Assembly (NCBI GenBank): GCA_963712115.1
Contig: CAVQGX010000038.1
Location: forward strand, 17,350-81,349
DNA: 64,000 nucleotides
Origin: an uncultured delta proteobacterium
Lineage (GTDB): Bacteria; Desulfobacterota; Syntrophobacteria; BM002
Reading direction: 5' to 3'
Shown here: piece after piece, positions 21,708-31,422 of the stretch
Layout of the letters: each line of letters opens with the position of its first letter
Position numbering within the stretch: position 1 is the stretch's first letter
Notes under the pieces: model-generated
The model's database searches: none
The model's input: the letters and a program-made list of their open reading frames with translations, nothing else
Told to the model about the DNA's origin: nothing
Position numbers and translations under genes: made by a program

Positions 21708-21890
21708 TGGGGCAGAGGGTTGGAGGTTGGAGGAGCGCTGCGCTTTAGGTTGGAGGCAGGGGTCAGAGGTCAGAGGACGGAGGACAGACGACAGAGGTCG
21801 GAGGTCAGAGGTCGGAAAGTAACTAGGCACTAGGCACCAAAGCTTAGGCTCACTATGCTGCGCTGTCATTTGTTGTGAGAGGTGTTAGGA
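21708..21890. repeat. Mosaic short tandem repeat array
   Basis: GGTTGGA, AGAGGTC, CACTAGG modules and CTGTCATTTGTTGTGAGAGG core. Confidence 0.85.
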
Positions 21891-21897
21891 GCTGATC

Positions 21898-22827
21898 TTA
21901 TCCACTCATCTGCGACCATGGAGCTCCCGCGGTCCATTCAAATTGGAAGTCTACTCCGCGAGCGGCGGCATTTAGTGGAGGGATGAGAAACACTCTTATT
22001 TCGTCAATGATCTGCGGCAGCTCGAGTGCTATGTCCTCCAGTCCACTGCGATTCAGAAATGCCTTCCACTGCGTCCCCTTTTCAATATCCATAGCGAATT
22101 CATTGCTCAGCGCTGTAGGGATCGACTTGGGAATCTTGGTCCGGCGCCGTTTAAATGTTGCCCTGATGGCCTCAGCAAGCTTTGGCCCTTCAAAGCTAAA
22201 TTGCCTCAAGATCATCCTGATTTCGTAGAAGTCCTTCATGCGACTGTTCAACATTCCCAAAGCAACCATGGCCTGGAGTTTCTCAGCAATGACTGTCTCG
22301 ACCGGATAGGCAAGGATTCTGGGCGCCGGCAAGTCCAGAAGCGTTGGATAAGTGATTTTCAGTGCCCCCGGGGTTACCGCATCGCCGAGACCTATATCAA
22401 CTTGGACACTGATACGAGCATTTCCCAGATTGGCGCTCAGTCTTATACGCTGACCCTGATACTCATGAGTTTCACGGATCTCAGTCACCTGAATGCTCTC
22501 GGGGTCAAACTCGAGACCATCAGGCTCAACCTTCACCTGGCAGATTTCCTGGAATATGCTGACCAACTGCTCTGGAGAAGCATCTCCTTGTCCTGCAAAG
22601 CCGATATCCCGGGTCGGTCGATGAGAACGATCCATCCAGATATTCAAGAGCATGGCTCCTTTGAGGATGAACTCCCCTGAATGCTTTGAACGAGACAATC
22701 GATAGAGGAGTCTCTCTGCTGCGTACCAATTAAGTACCAGCTGGAAATCATCTCCCCTCTCTCGGCTCAAGTCGTAAAGTCTCCGCCGAATCGAAGCGGT
22801 AATGTTTGCTGGGCTTTCTTTACTCAC
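21898..22827 (-). CDS. AbiEii/AbiGii family nucleotidyltransferase toxin (type IV TA)
   Basis: ERLLYRLS, FILKGA, RPTRD, VIAEKLQA, NSRMKDFY. Confidence 0.9.
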   Translation of the reverse strand: MSKESPANITASIRRRLYDLSRERGDDFQLVLNWYAAERLLYRLSRSKHSGEFILKGAMLLNIWMDRSHRPTRDIGFAGQGDASPEQLVSIFQEICQVKVEPDGLEFDPESIQVTEIRETHEYQGQRIRLSANLGNARISVQVDIGLGDAVTPGALKITYPTLLDLPAPRILAYPVETVIAEKLQAMVALGMLNSRMKDFYEIRMILRQFSFEGPKLAEAIRATFKRRRTKIPKSIPTALSNEFAMDIEKGTQWKAFLNRSGLEDIALELPQIIDEIRVFLIPPLNAAARGVDFQFEWTAGAPWSQMSG

Positions 22828-23431
22828 AGTAGGCCTCCAGATAAGGCTTCATCACCTTTGCAACCCGGCAGACTTTAGCGTATTGCCACAGTGCGTCATT
22901 GGTACATTTTCTCTGGCCGCGACAATCGCGAAGAGCCTCCATGGCAAGGTCAAGGCCGATCTTGTTCCTGTATTTGAAACAATCCGCCACTGTCTTGGCG
23001 GGGCAGTACACCTTGACCGGAACCCCTTCAATTATGTGCTCCTCAAAGCCCTCGCTGAGGGCCTTTCCGGAAAAGCGCACGATACGAAGCGGTGGGTAAT
23101 CAATGCGGGGACGGGCGGCCCTACGGTCAAGGGCCATCCATATCTCACGCGGTGCTTGCGTCCCTATCCCATGAAACTGCAGCGCCGTAAGCAGACATGC
23201 CACCCCCTGTGGCATCCACTTTGCCGCTTGCGCGAGAGCGTGATGTTCTGAGATATCGGCATCAGCTGCTATGTAAAGCCCACGGCTCGTGCGGATTAGG
23301 AGTCCTTGCTGGTGAAGCCGACGGAGGTACTCAGAATGTATACCCCGTGAAGCCAGATCACTGACCCGCAGGACACCCATCTCTTGAGCTAGCTGCAGCA
23401 CCTGCTCTTTCTTTGTCGAGTTTTCTGTCAT
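22820..23431 (-). CDS. AbiEi family antitoxin / transcriptional regulator
   Basis: RTSRGLY, CLLTALQFHG, AKTVADCFKYRNKIGLD, MKPYLEA; overlaps toxin start. Confidence 0.9.
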   Translation of the reverse strand: MTENSTKKEQVLQLAQEMGVLRVSDLASRGIHSEYLRRLHQQGLLIRTSRGLYIAADADISEHHALAQAAKWMPQGVACLLTALQFHGIGTQAPREIWMALDRRAARPRIDYPPLRIVRFSGKALSEGFEEHIIEGVPVKVYCPAKTVADCFKYRNKIGLDLAMEALRDCRGQRKCTNDALWQYAKVCRVAKVMKPYLEAYCE

Positions 23432-23479
23432 GTGTAAAACTATATATGTTTATATAAAAATGTAAAGCTTTTTACACAT
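23430..23479. promoter_or_regulatory. Inverted repeat upstream of abiEi (candidate autorepression operator)
   Basis: ATGTGTAAAA...TTTTACACAT; AbiEi proteins are known to bind promoter inverted repeats. Confidence 0.55.
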
Positions 23480-23494
23480 TTTTTTGAAGTAATA

Positions 23495-23775
23495 AGACGG
23501 GAGACAGAGGTCGGAGGACAGAGGTCGGAGAGTCACTAGGCACTAAGGACTAGGCACTAGGCACCACAAAGAAGTAGTCAGGAGACAGGAGACAGAATTC
23601 AGGTTTCAGCTTTTGTGTTTCTCTTCCCTGACACCTGACACCCGACACCTAATACTCTGACACCTGATCCGCCTCCGGCGGAAAACCTGACACCCTGAGA
23701 TTTGTTTCTTGAGATGGCTAGTTGCGGAATTGAAACAGGCAAAACTGACGAAACCGGCTAACCGGCTAAACCTGG
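23495..23775. repeat. Mosaic short tandem repeat array
   Basis: AGAGGTC, CACTAGG, AGACAGG, CTGACAC, AAACCGGCT modules. Confidence 0.85.
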
Positions 23776-23935
23776 ATGTCCAGTCATCTGGATTTCCAAC
23801 GCCCCGGATCTTTTTTCTCAGGCTGCAAATGAGATATGGCCCGAGATGGAATTAGCCGTTATAGTTTCTGCAGCTGATTTGATATAATTCGTTGGCGATT
23901 ATTCGAAAGTAACATTACCAGAGCGAGGGATATCC

Positions 23936-26443
23936 ATGGCAACAGCAAAACGAGCAAAGGCAAGGAAGCCAAAAGGTGAGAAGAGCCGCACCGGCCTAAA
24001 GGTAGAGACTCTCAAGCGCGCTTTCGAAGAGAACCTCTTTTACACTCAATTCAGAATTGCCAGAGTCGCAACACCCAACGACCGCTACATGGCTTTGGCT
24101 TTCACTTTGCGGGACCGCTTGGCACACCGCTGGATCAACACTGTTGAAAGCTTTTTAAAAGAAGACGTCAAGATTGTCTGCTATCTATCGGCAGAATTTC
24201 TCCTGGGGCCTCACCTGGGGAACAATCTGATCAACCTGGGCATTTATGACATCGCGCGCCAGGCTGTGGAGGAAGCGGGGTTCGACCTCACGGAGCTTAT
24301 CAACCAGGAGGAGGAGCCCGGCCTGGGGAATGGTGGCTTGGGGAGACTGGCCGCCTGTTATCTTGACTCTCTGGCCACCCTGGAAATACCTGCTGTTGGA
24401 TACGGTATTCGCTATGAGTTCGGCATCTTTGATCAGGAAATCCGCAACGGCTGGCAGGTCGAGATTACTGACAAATGGCTGCGTTTTGGCAACCCCTGGG
24501 AGATACCCCGATCGGAGATCACCTTTAATATCAACTTTGGCGGGCACACGGAAGACTACTACGACGCGGAAGGTCGCCTGCGGGTCCGCTGGTTGCCCCA
24601 TAGAGTTGTCAAGGGTGTCGCCTATGATACGCCCATTTTGGGGTACAGGGTAAACACCTGCAACACCCTGCGCCTCTGGAAGGCAGAGGCGTGTGAATCC
24701 TTCGACTTTCAGGCTTTCAACCTGGGCGATTACTATGGTGCCGTGGACGAGAAGCTCTACTCCGAAAACATTACCAAAGTCCTCTACCCCAATGATGAGC
24801 CGATTGCGGGCAAGCAACTTCGCCTGGAGCAGCAATACTTCTTTGTCTCCTGTTCTCTCCAGGACTTGATCCGAATGCACCTTCTCAGAGGTAAAAGCCT
24901 CGATACCTTCCATGAGAAGTGCGCAGTGCAACTGAATGATACTCACCCATCCATCGCCGTAGCCGAATTGATGCGCCTTCTCATGGACGAGCATCAAATG
25001 GATTGGGACAAGGCCTGGGATGTAACCCGAAACACCTTTGCTTACACCAACCACACCTTGTTGCCGGAAGCTCTGGAGAAGTGGCCCCTCCCTCTGTTTC
25101 GCAGCGTTCTGCCAAGGCACCTGGATATCATTTACGAAATCAATCGACGATTTCTCAATGAAGTTCGAGTGAGATATCCTGGCGATGGAGGGGTTGCCTC
25201 ACGGTTATCGCTGATTGACGAAGGTGGAGAAAAGTACGTGAGGATGGCCAATCTGGCATGCGTCGGCAGCCACGCCATCAATGGAGTTGCCGCACTTCAT
25301 ACAGAGCTGCTCACACAAGATGTCCTCAGAGACTTCCACCAACTCTGGCCCGAAAAATTCAGCAACAAAACCAACGGGGTCACCCCGCGAAGATTCATGG
25401 TCCTGAGCAACCCCCGCCTCAGTCAACTAATCACCGATAAGATTGGCGACACCTGGGTCAAGCACCTGGATGAACTCAGGAAGCTAGAACCCTTCGCTGA
25501 CGACAAAGACTTCCGTAACAAATGGCAGCAAGTGAAACTCGAGAACAAGCGCGTCCTTGCCGGTCTCATCCAGGACCGCACCGGTATCTTGGTTGATCCT
25601 GACTCCCTTTTTGACATCTTGGTGAAGAGGATCCATGAATACAAGCGACAACACCTGAATGTGCTGCACATTATCAGCCTTTTTAACCGGATCAAGAAGG
25701 ACCCATCAATCCAGATTACACCCAGGACTTTCATCTTCGGCGGCAAGGCCGCACCAGGGTATTTTATGGCAAAGTTGATCATCAAGCTCATCAACTCGGT
25801 AGCAGCCGTGGTGAACAAGGACCCTGATGTGGCCGGTCGACTGAAAGTGGTCTTTTTCCCAGATTTCAACGTGAAGAACGCCCAACCAATCTACCCGGCC
25901 GCCGACCTTTCAGAACAGATCTCTACTGCCGGCAAAGAGGCCTCGGGCACAGGGAACATGAAGTTTTCCATGAATGGTGCCTTGACTATCGGGACGCTCG
26001 ATGGTGCCAACGTCGAGATCAGGGAGGAAGTTGGAGCGGATAATTTCTTCCTTTTCGGGCTAACAGCCGAGGAGGTCCATAAAGTAAAAACCAAGGGTTA
26101 CAACCCTCAGGAATACTACAATTCCAACACTGAGCTCAAAAAAGCGATCGACCTCATTGCCTCGGGCTATTTCTCTCGAGGTGATTTAGGCCTGTTCAAA
26201 CCGCTGGTTGATTCGCTGCTCCATCACGATGACTATCTGGTTCTTGCCGACTATCAATCGTATGTTGAATGTCAGGAAAGAGTGAGCCAGGCTTATGTGG
26301 ACAAGGAAAAGTGGACGAGAATGTCCATACTGAATGTAGCTCGGATGGGCAAATTCTCCTCGGACCGATCTATAAGGGAATACTGTGAGGACATCTGGAA
26401 GGTCAAGCCTGTTCCAGTAGACTTGCACGAATACGAGCTGTAG
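23936..26443 (+). CDS. glgP: Glycogen/starch phosphorylase
   Basis: GLGNGGLGRLAAC, QLNDTHP, KRIHEYKRQ, EASGTGNMKF PLP site. Confidence 0.97.
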   Translation: MATAKRAKARKPKGEKSRTGLKVETLKRAFEENLFYTQFRIARVATPNDRYMALAFTLRDRLAHRWINTVESFLKEDVKIVCYLSAEFLLGPHLGNNLINLGIYDIARQAVEEAGFDLTELINQEEEPGLGNGGLGRLAACYLDSLATLEIPAVGYGIRYEFGIFDQEIRNGWQVEITDKWLRFGNPWEIPRSEITFNINFGGHTEDYYDAEGRLRVRWLPHRVVKGVAYDTPILGYRVNTCNTLRLWKAEACESFDFQAFNLGDYYGAVDEKLYSENITKVLYPNDEPIAGKQLRLEQQYFFVSCSLQDLIRMHLLRGKSLDTFHEKCAVQLNDTHPSIAVAELMRLLMDEHQMDWDKAWDVTRNTFAYTNHTLLPEALEKWPLPLFRSVLPRHLDIIYEINRRFLNEVRVRYPGDGGVASRLSLIDEGGEKYVRMANLACVGSHAINGVAALHTELLTQDVLRDFHQLWPEKFSNKTNGVTPRRFMVLSNPRLSQLITDKIGDTWVKHLDELRKLEPFADDKDFRNKWQQVKLENKRVLAGLIQDRTGILVDPDSLFDILVKRIHEYKRQHLNVLHIISLFNRIKKDPSIQITPRTFIFGGKAAPGYFMAKLIIKLINSVAAVVNKDPDVAGRLKVVFFPDFNVKNAQPIYPAADLSEQISTAGKEASGTGNMKFSMNGALTIGTLDGANVEIREEVGADNFFLFGLTAEEVHKVKTKGYNPQEYYNSNTELKKAIDLIASGYFSRGDLGLFKPLVDSLLHHDDYLVLADYQSYVECQERVSQAYVDKEKWTRMSILNVARMGKFSSDRSIREYCEDIWKVKPVPVDLHEYEL

Positions 26444-26454
26444 AGTTTGTGTTA

Positions 26455-26900
26455 GCAGATTTGGGATTGCGGATTGCGGAGAGGCACAAGGCACAGGGCG
26501 CAAGGCTCAGGGCTCTTTGTTGATTAGTTGATTAGGGAATTAGTTAATTCGTTAAATTCATTAAATCCTTCAACCGCAGACCCACGCAGACGGACGCAGA
26601 CTGTTTTATCTACCGCCCGCTCCCCTTTCCCGCTATAGCGGGACTCAGGGTCGCTCGAGACCACAGAGCACGCAGAGAAAATCTTTACAGTACATGTGGT
26701 AAGACCGCTCCAAGGTTCCCGCCGAGCGGGGATTCCGATAAATCGGAATCTGTAGGTAGCCCTTTAGAGCCAATAAAAAGTCAGCTTATTATTGGCTCTA
26801 AAGGACTCCCCACCAAACCTTCGAGCGTTCCCACCAGGACTCGTAATGCTACCTCACTTCTTTTATTGAGAGACCGCGGAGGGTACTGAGCGCACTGCGA
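26455..26900. repeat. Mosaic repeat array followed by cluster of palindromes
   Basis: GATTGCG, GGCACAA, TTGATTAG, ACGCAGAC modules; CCCGCTATAGCGGG, GATTCCGATAAATCGGAATC, CCTTTAGAGCCAATAA...TTATTGGCTCTAAAGG. Confidence 0.75.
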
Positions 26901-26966
26901 CAATTAATCTCTTTGCAAACAACAACGTCGTGAGTCGTGCCAAGTTCCAGTATGGGAAGCGCACGC

Positions 26967-27419
26967 CTACCTTTTGACCACAATAACCGGTTTTTTGCAG
27001 TGCCGAATGACGTGTTCTGAAACTGAGCCCAGAAGCATTTCTGCGATATTACTTCTGCCATGAGACCCCAGGACGATGACGGATACGTCCTCTTGCTGTT
27101 CCACCTCCAGGATCTTCAACTTGGGAACCCCTTTTTCAACCCTTAGTTTGACAGAGAACCCTGCTGCCCTAAGTTTTGACTTTACAGGTTTCAGTTCCTC
27201 TTTCGCCTCTTGCTCCAGTTGCTTACGGACGCTGTCAAAAAACTTAATCTCATCTTTGCCGGCCCAGGAGATGCCATGTGTAAGCTCGGTTCTTTTCTGG
27301 TCGATCACCCGCAAGACAACCACCTCTTTCACGCCGGTTTCTCGCATACCCATAATGAAGGCCAAAGCTTTTTTTGACACATCAGAGAAATCTGTTGGGT
27401 AAAGTATTTTTTCGAACAT
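26967..27419 (-). CDS. Universal stress protein
   Basis: KILYPTDFS, IVLGSHGRS, LLGSVSEHVIR, PVIVVK. Confidence 0.95.
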   Translation of the reverse strand: MFEKILYPTDFSDVSKKALAFIMGMRETGVKEVVVLRVIDQKRTELTHGISWAGKDEIKFFDSVRKQLEQEAKEELKPVKSKLRAAGFSVKLRVEKGVPKLKILEVEQQEDVSVIVLGSHGRSNIAEMLLGSVSEHVIRHCKKPVIVVKR

Positions 27420-27529
27420 CTGTTGCCTCCTGCTAATTGGAGTATTTTCTCGAGGTCATTTTCCTGGCAATTATTCTCAAAAACTTAGCTGCACCATGAT
27501 TTATCCTTGCCTATTCCAATATAAGCTGA

Positions 27530-27545
27530 GGCAAGGGATGTGCCA
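27530..27545 (-). promoter_or_regulatory. sigma54 promoter of the USP gene
   Basis: TGGCACATCCCTTGCC; TGT-N11-ACA site at 27643-27659. Confidence 0.7.
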
Positions 27546-27679
27546 GAAACGACAGCACCCATAAGGTGAGATTAACCAATTAATATGACGGCGAATTCCT
27601 GGATGACTGCGGGATTAACCCTCCTGGTCAAGGATGAAAATCTGTCAGAATTTCTTACAGACTGTAAAAGAGAATTTGT

Positions 27680-27885
27680 CAATTAGTTGATTCGTCAAAT
27701 GGTCAAATCGTAGAAGTCGTCCGGTCCAGAGGTCAGAAGTCAGAGGTCGGAGGTCAGAAGGCAGAAGACAGAGGGCAGAAGTCAGAGGTCGGAGGTCGGT
27801 TTGCGGAATTTTTAGCTGACAGCTGAGCGCTGATAGCTGACGGCTGAATAGAACCGTCCAAACTGGCGAAACCGGCTAAACAGTC
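27680..27885. repeat. Mosaic short tandem repeat array
   Basis: About ten AGAGGTC-type units, GCTGACA module, AAACTGGCG/AAACCGGCT module. Confidence 0.85.
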
Positions 27886-28114
27886 AGTGGGGAATGATAC
27901 GCTAAAGTGGTAATTCTCTTCCCACAATCGACATATTATTACCTATATTTCTCGCCCGAGCATTTACTCCTCTTCCGCTAAGTATTAGAAAACAAAAGAG
28001 ATATTTGATACACGCAAGAAGGCACGCTTTTTGTTTACCAAGTGTGAATCATGGCTTCGGTTCACTACGGCGCACAAATACTAAATGCTTGCGGGTGCCG
28101 AGAACAGAAGGCTC

Positions 28115-29593
28115 ATGTACCTATCTCACTACAATTTGAGAGAAAAACCCTTTCAGCTTTCTCCAGACCCCAAGTTCCTCTGGCTTGGCGAGCAGCATAA
28201 GGAGGCCCTTGCTACTCTGGAATATGGGATACGTGCCACCAAGGGTTTCATCCTTCTCACCGGTGACGTCGGCACCGGTAAAACCACACTTATAAATGCC
28301 ATAATCCGCCGCTGGAAAGAAAACAGCGTCATCGCCTCAGTATCTGATCCTCAAATGGAAATTATAGATTTTTACAACTTCCTTGCTCACTCGTTTAAGA
28401 TGGGCAGGCGGTTCGAGAGTAAAGGAGATTTTTTAGTAAAATTTAGCCATTTACTTTTTACTATATACAGAAACAACAAAAAGTTGGTGCTGATAATTGA
28501 TGAAGCACAGAGATTGAATCATGAACTTCTCGAAGAAATACGCCATTTATCTAATATTGAACTACAAAATAACAAGCTTTTGTCAATTATTCTGGCCGGG
28601 CAGAATGAATTAAATGATATTTTGCGGCAGGATATCAACCGGGCCATAAGGCAAAGGATAGCCATCAATTACCATCTCAAACCTCTGACTAAAAACGATA
28701 CCAAAGACTACCTCAGACACCGTCTCAAAATTGCGGGCACAGAAAGGAAGATTTTTAAAGCTGATGCTCTGCCTGAAATTATGTTTTTTTCAAAAGGCTA
28801 TCCCCGTTTGATTAACAGCATTTGCGATCATTCCCTTTTGACGGGATACGTCAAGGGCGTACATGAAATCGATGCAAAGATCGTAAAAGAGTGCTCTAAG
28901 GAACTCCTTTTGCCAAGCGAGCGAGAAGAGCAACCTGCGCATATATTTAAACGGGCGGCAAACAAAACAACAACCTATGACTACAAGAGCACCTTTGCCT
29001 ATGCTCTCGTATCTGTGCTGCTCCTGTTACTTTTGGGATATTTTTTTCACTCGAGGGGATACATCACAACCCTAGATAAAAGTCCAAAAACAGACTCTGG
29101 CCACTTAATAGTGCAGGCGCAGAAAGACAGAGGACAGACGGCAGAAGACAGAGGTCGGAGGTCAGAGGTCAGAGGTCGGAGGACAGATGACGAAGCCAAA
29201 AGACGTGTGATCGAACCCATACGGTTCCCACTTTCAGAAGATCATAAACTAATCATCTATTTCGATTTTGACTCAACCCAGCTTTCCAATGATGCCTTTG
29301 AAAAGCTGGAGCAGTTTGCTGCTGCTCTGCTTCAGAGACCTGAGTTCAGGATAATAATCAAAGGCTTCACTGATGGATCGGGAATATACAGTTACAACAA
29401 GTTGCTTTCCGAATACAGGGCAAACGTTGTGAAAAGTTATCTCATCGGCAAGAGAATTGAACCCGTTAGAATCAAAACAATCGGCATTGGGCCAGCGGAG
29501 TCAAGCGCGGCGAACACAGCAGCAAAATTGAATCGCCGAGTAGAAATTGAATTGTATAGGAAAGAACTCACAGACACAGGTGGAGGAAAATGA
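28115..29593 (+). CDS. ExeA-like AAA ATPase with TM helix and C-terminal OmpA-like domain
   Basis: PFQLSPDP, GDVGTGKTT, IIDEAQ, GYPRLINSICD; IYFDFDS...GFTD...LSEYRA...NRRVEI. Confidence 0.9.
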   Translation: MYLSHYNLREKPFQLSPDPKFLWLGEQHKEALATLEYGIRATKGFILLTGDVGTGKTTLINAIIRRWKENSVIASVSDPQMEIIDFYNFLAHSFKMGRRFESKGDFLVKFSHLLFTIYRNNKKLVLIIDEAQRLNHELLEEIRHLSNIELQNNKLLSIILAGQNELNDILRQDINRAIRQRIAINYHLKPLTKNDTKDYLRHRLKIAGTERKIFKADALPEIMFFSKGYPRLINSICDHSLLTGYVKGVHEIDAKIVKECSKELLLPSEREEQPAHIFKRAANKTTTYDYKSTFAYALVSVLLLLLLGYFFHSRGYITTLDKSPKTDSGHLIVQAQKDRGQTAEDRGRRSEVRGRRTDDEAKRRVIEPIRFPLSEDHKLIIYFDFDSTQLSNDAFEKLEQFAAALLQRPEFRIIIKGFTDGSGIYSYNKLLSEYRANVVKSYLIGKRIEPVRIKTIGIGPAESSAANTAAKLNRRVEIELYRKELTDTGGGK

Positions 29594-30441
29594 AGGACAA
29601 CAAGATCAAAAAAATAATACTGAGTGCGGTGGTCATAGCGATAGTTCTGGGCTCCGGTATAGACGGCTATAGAGCTTCTGTAGTTGACGCTTCCACAGAA
29701 GGCAAAGTCAGGGGTGCTGTAGGGAAAATTCCCCAAAAGGAGTTTAAGCAAGCGGAACTCGACATTGTCTTCGTGCTCGACAACTCAGGGAGCATGAGGA
29801 AGAACGACCCCAATTTTATAACTAGAGAAGTTGTAACGAATTTTGCAAGTGACCTTGGAGAAACAGCACGTCTGGGAATGGTCATTTTTGATGAGACTGC
29901 AGAACTCATCGAACCACTGACCTCGTTAGACAATTCAGAAATCCGGGCAAGCTTTCTCAAAGGTCTAGATTTGATCGATTTCAGGGGCAAATTCACCAAC
30001 AGCCCCGCAGGTATTGAAAGGGCGGTTTACGAACTCAAGACTAACGGCCGACAGGATGCTGAAAAAATAATTATTTTCTTGACCGACGGAATCGTAGATA
30101 CAGGAAACAAAAATCAGGATCTCGAAAAAGAAAATTGGCTGAAGGAAGATCTCACCCAAGACAGCAAAAACGCGGGCATCCGTATTTTTGGTATCGCCTT
30201 TACTGAAAATGCTGATTTCCGTCTGATCCAGACCCTGGCGGTTAGGACAGAGGGGGAATATTTCAGGGTATTCGAGGTGGGTGATCTTCAGGTGGTCTTC
30301 ACCAAGATCAAGGGAATCATCGCTAAAGCACCCGCTACGAAAACGGACGTGTCCCTTGCAGAAGCAAAGCCTGTCGCACCTGCAGTAAAAAAGGGGCCAT
30401 CAGGAAGAACAACTTCAAACCAGAGCCACAATGGCCAGTAA
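29590..30441 (+). CDS. VWA domain protein (may be fused to downstream FHA ORF via frameshift)
   Basis: DIVFVLDNSGSM MIDAS, FLTDG; signal/TM leader. Confidence 0.85.
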   Translation: MKDNKIKKIILSAVVIAIVLGSGIDGYRASVVDASTEGKVRGAVGKIPQKEFKQAELDIVFVLDNSGSMRKNDPNFITREVVTNFASDLGETARLGMVIFDETAELIEPLTSLDNSEIRASFLKGLDLIDFRGKFTNSPAGIERAVYELKTNGRQDAEKIIIFLTDGIVDTGNKNQDLEKENWLKEDLTQDSKNAGIRIFGIAFTENADFRLIQTLAVRTEGEYFRVFEVGDLQVVFTKIKGIIAKAPATKTDVSLAEAKPVAPAVKKGPSGRTTSNQSHNGQ

Positions 30442-30937
30442 GCAATACAATTGGTTATTTTTGATCCTCTCCGGCGTTGTTGTTGTGATGGGATTAGCCG
30501 TCTTGGTGCAGGTGGCAAGAAGGAAGAAGGTCCACGCTCCAGGGCCCATGACGACCAAAGGGACAGCTGGGAGCATTCTCGACTCAGTACCTCCAATGCC
30601 TCAGGCAGTATTGATCGACGTGGGAAAGGCTGTTTCACCAGAATCCTTAACCTTGCCTTTGAAAAAAGATGTCCTGAGAATTGGTCGTGACAAAGGTAAT
30701 GACATCATAATCTCCAGGGAGACCGTGTCGAGCTTTCATGCCACGATTCAATATAAAGATGGCTACTTTTACTTAGAAGATCTGAGGAGTACAAACGGCA
30801 CCCGCTTAAACAACGACAAGCTCAGGCACAATGAGCCTGTTAGACTGAAAAGCGGGGACAGAATCGATTTTTCCATCCATGAATTCAGATTTCTCATTCC
30901 CGACCAGACGCCTCTCGGCGAAACAGTGAGGGTGTAG
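30431..30937 (+). CDS. TM-FHA domain protein
   Basis: IGR, VSSFHA, DLRSTNGT, LKSGD. Confidence 0.85.
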   Translation: MASKQYNWLFLILSGVVVVMGLAVLVQVARRKKVHAPGPMTTKGTAGSILDSVPPMPQAVLIDVGKAVSPESLTLPLKKDVLRIGRDKGNDIIISRETVSSFHATIQYKDGYFYLEDLRSTNGTRLNNDKLRHNEPVRLKSGDRIDFSIHEFRFLIPDQTPLGETVRV

Positions 30938-30939
30938 GA

Positions 30940-31062
30940 CGATTGCGGATTGTGGAAAGGCACAAGGCTCAGGGCGCAAGGTTCAAGGCGATTTGGGTCA
31001 ATCGGCTTCGCCGTCATTAGGTCACTACGCTGCGCTGTCATTAAGTTCACTTCACCTTGTAA
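30940..31062. repeat. Mosaic short tandem repeat array
   Basis: GATTGCG, GGCACAA modules, GTCATTAGGTCACTACGCTGCGCTGTCATT core. Confidence 0.8.
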
Positions 31063-31422
31063 GCCCATAAAGCATATCTAAATTTTTATTTATCACCCCC
31101 AGCCGATCTGAAAATAAGGCTATTTGATTGCAGCAATTTGGCCCCCTGAAAAGATGTGGACAAAGTTTGTTAATTTTTTGCTAGACATTTATATCCTGTT
31201 TATGCAATAATATCAGCAGATTATGTGTAACATCATTCCAACTCTTGGCAAATTATTTCACATTTTAGCTTCAAACTAGTCTGGGGCTCAGTGTTTTAAG
31301 AGACTTGGAACATTCGATTATCAAGAAAACACTATTTTTCCGAGTAGTAGTCATTTTGTGAGCATTCGCAGCCTTTTTATCCTCTTTTTTATAATAAATA
31401 AACTTATGGAAAGGAAGAAACC

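Noticed and set aside
21880-21897. attC-like GTTAGGA next to the AbiE pair
   Set aside because: No matching inverse core or integron integrase seen
24185-25120. 311-aa minus-strand ORF
   Set aside because: Antisense to glgP with no domain signal
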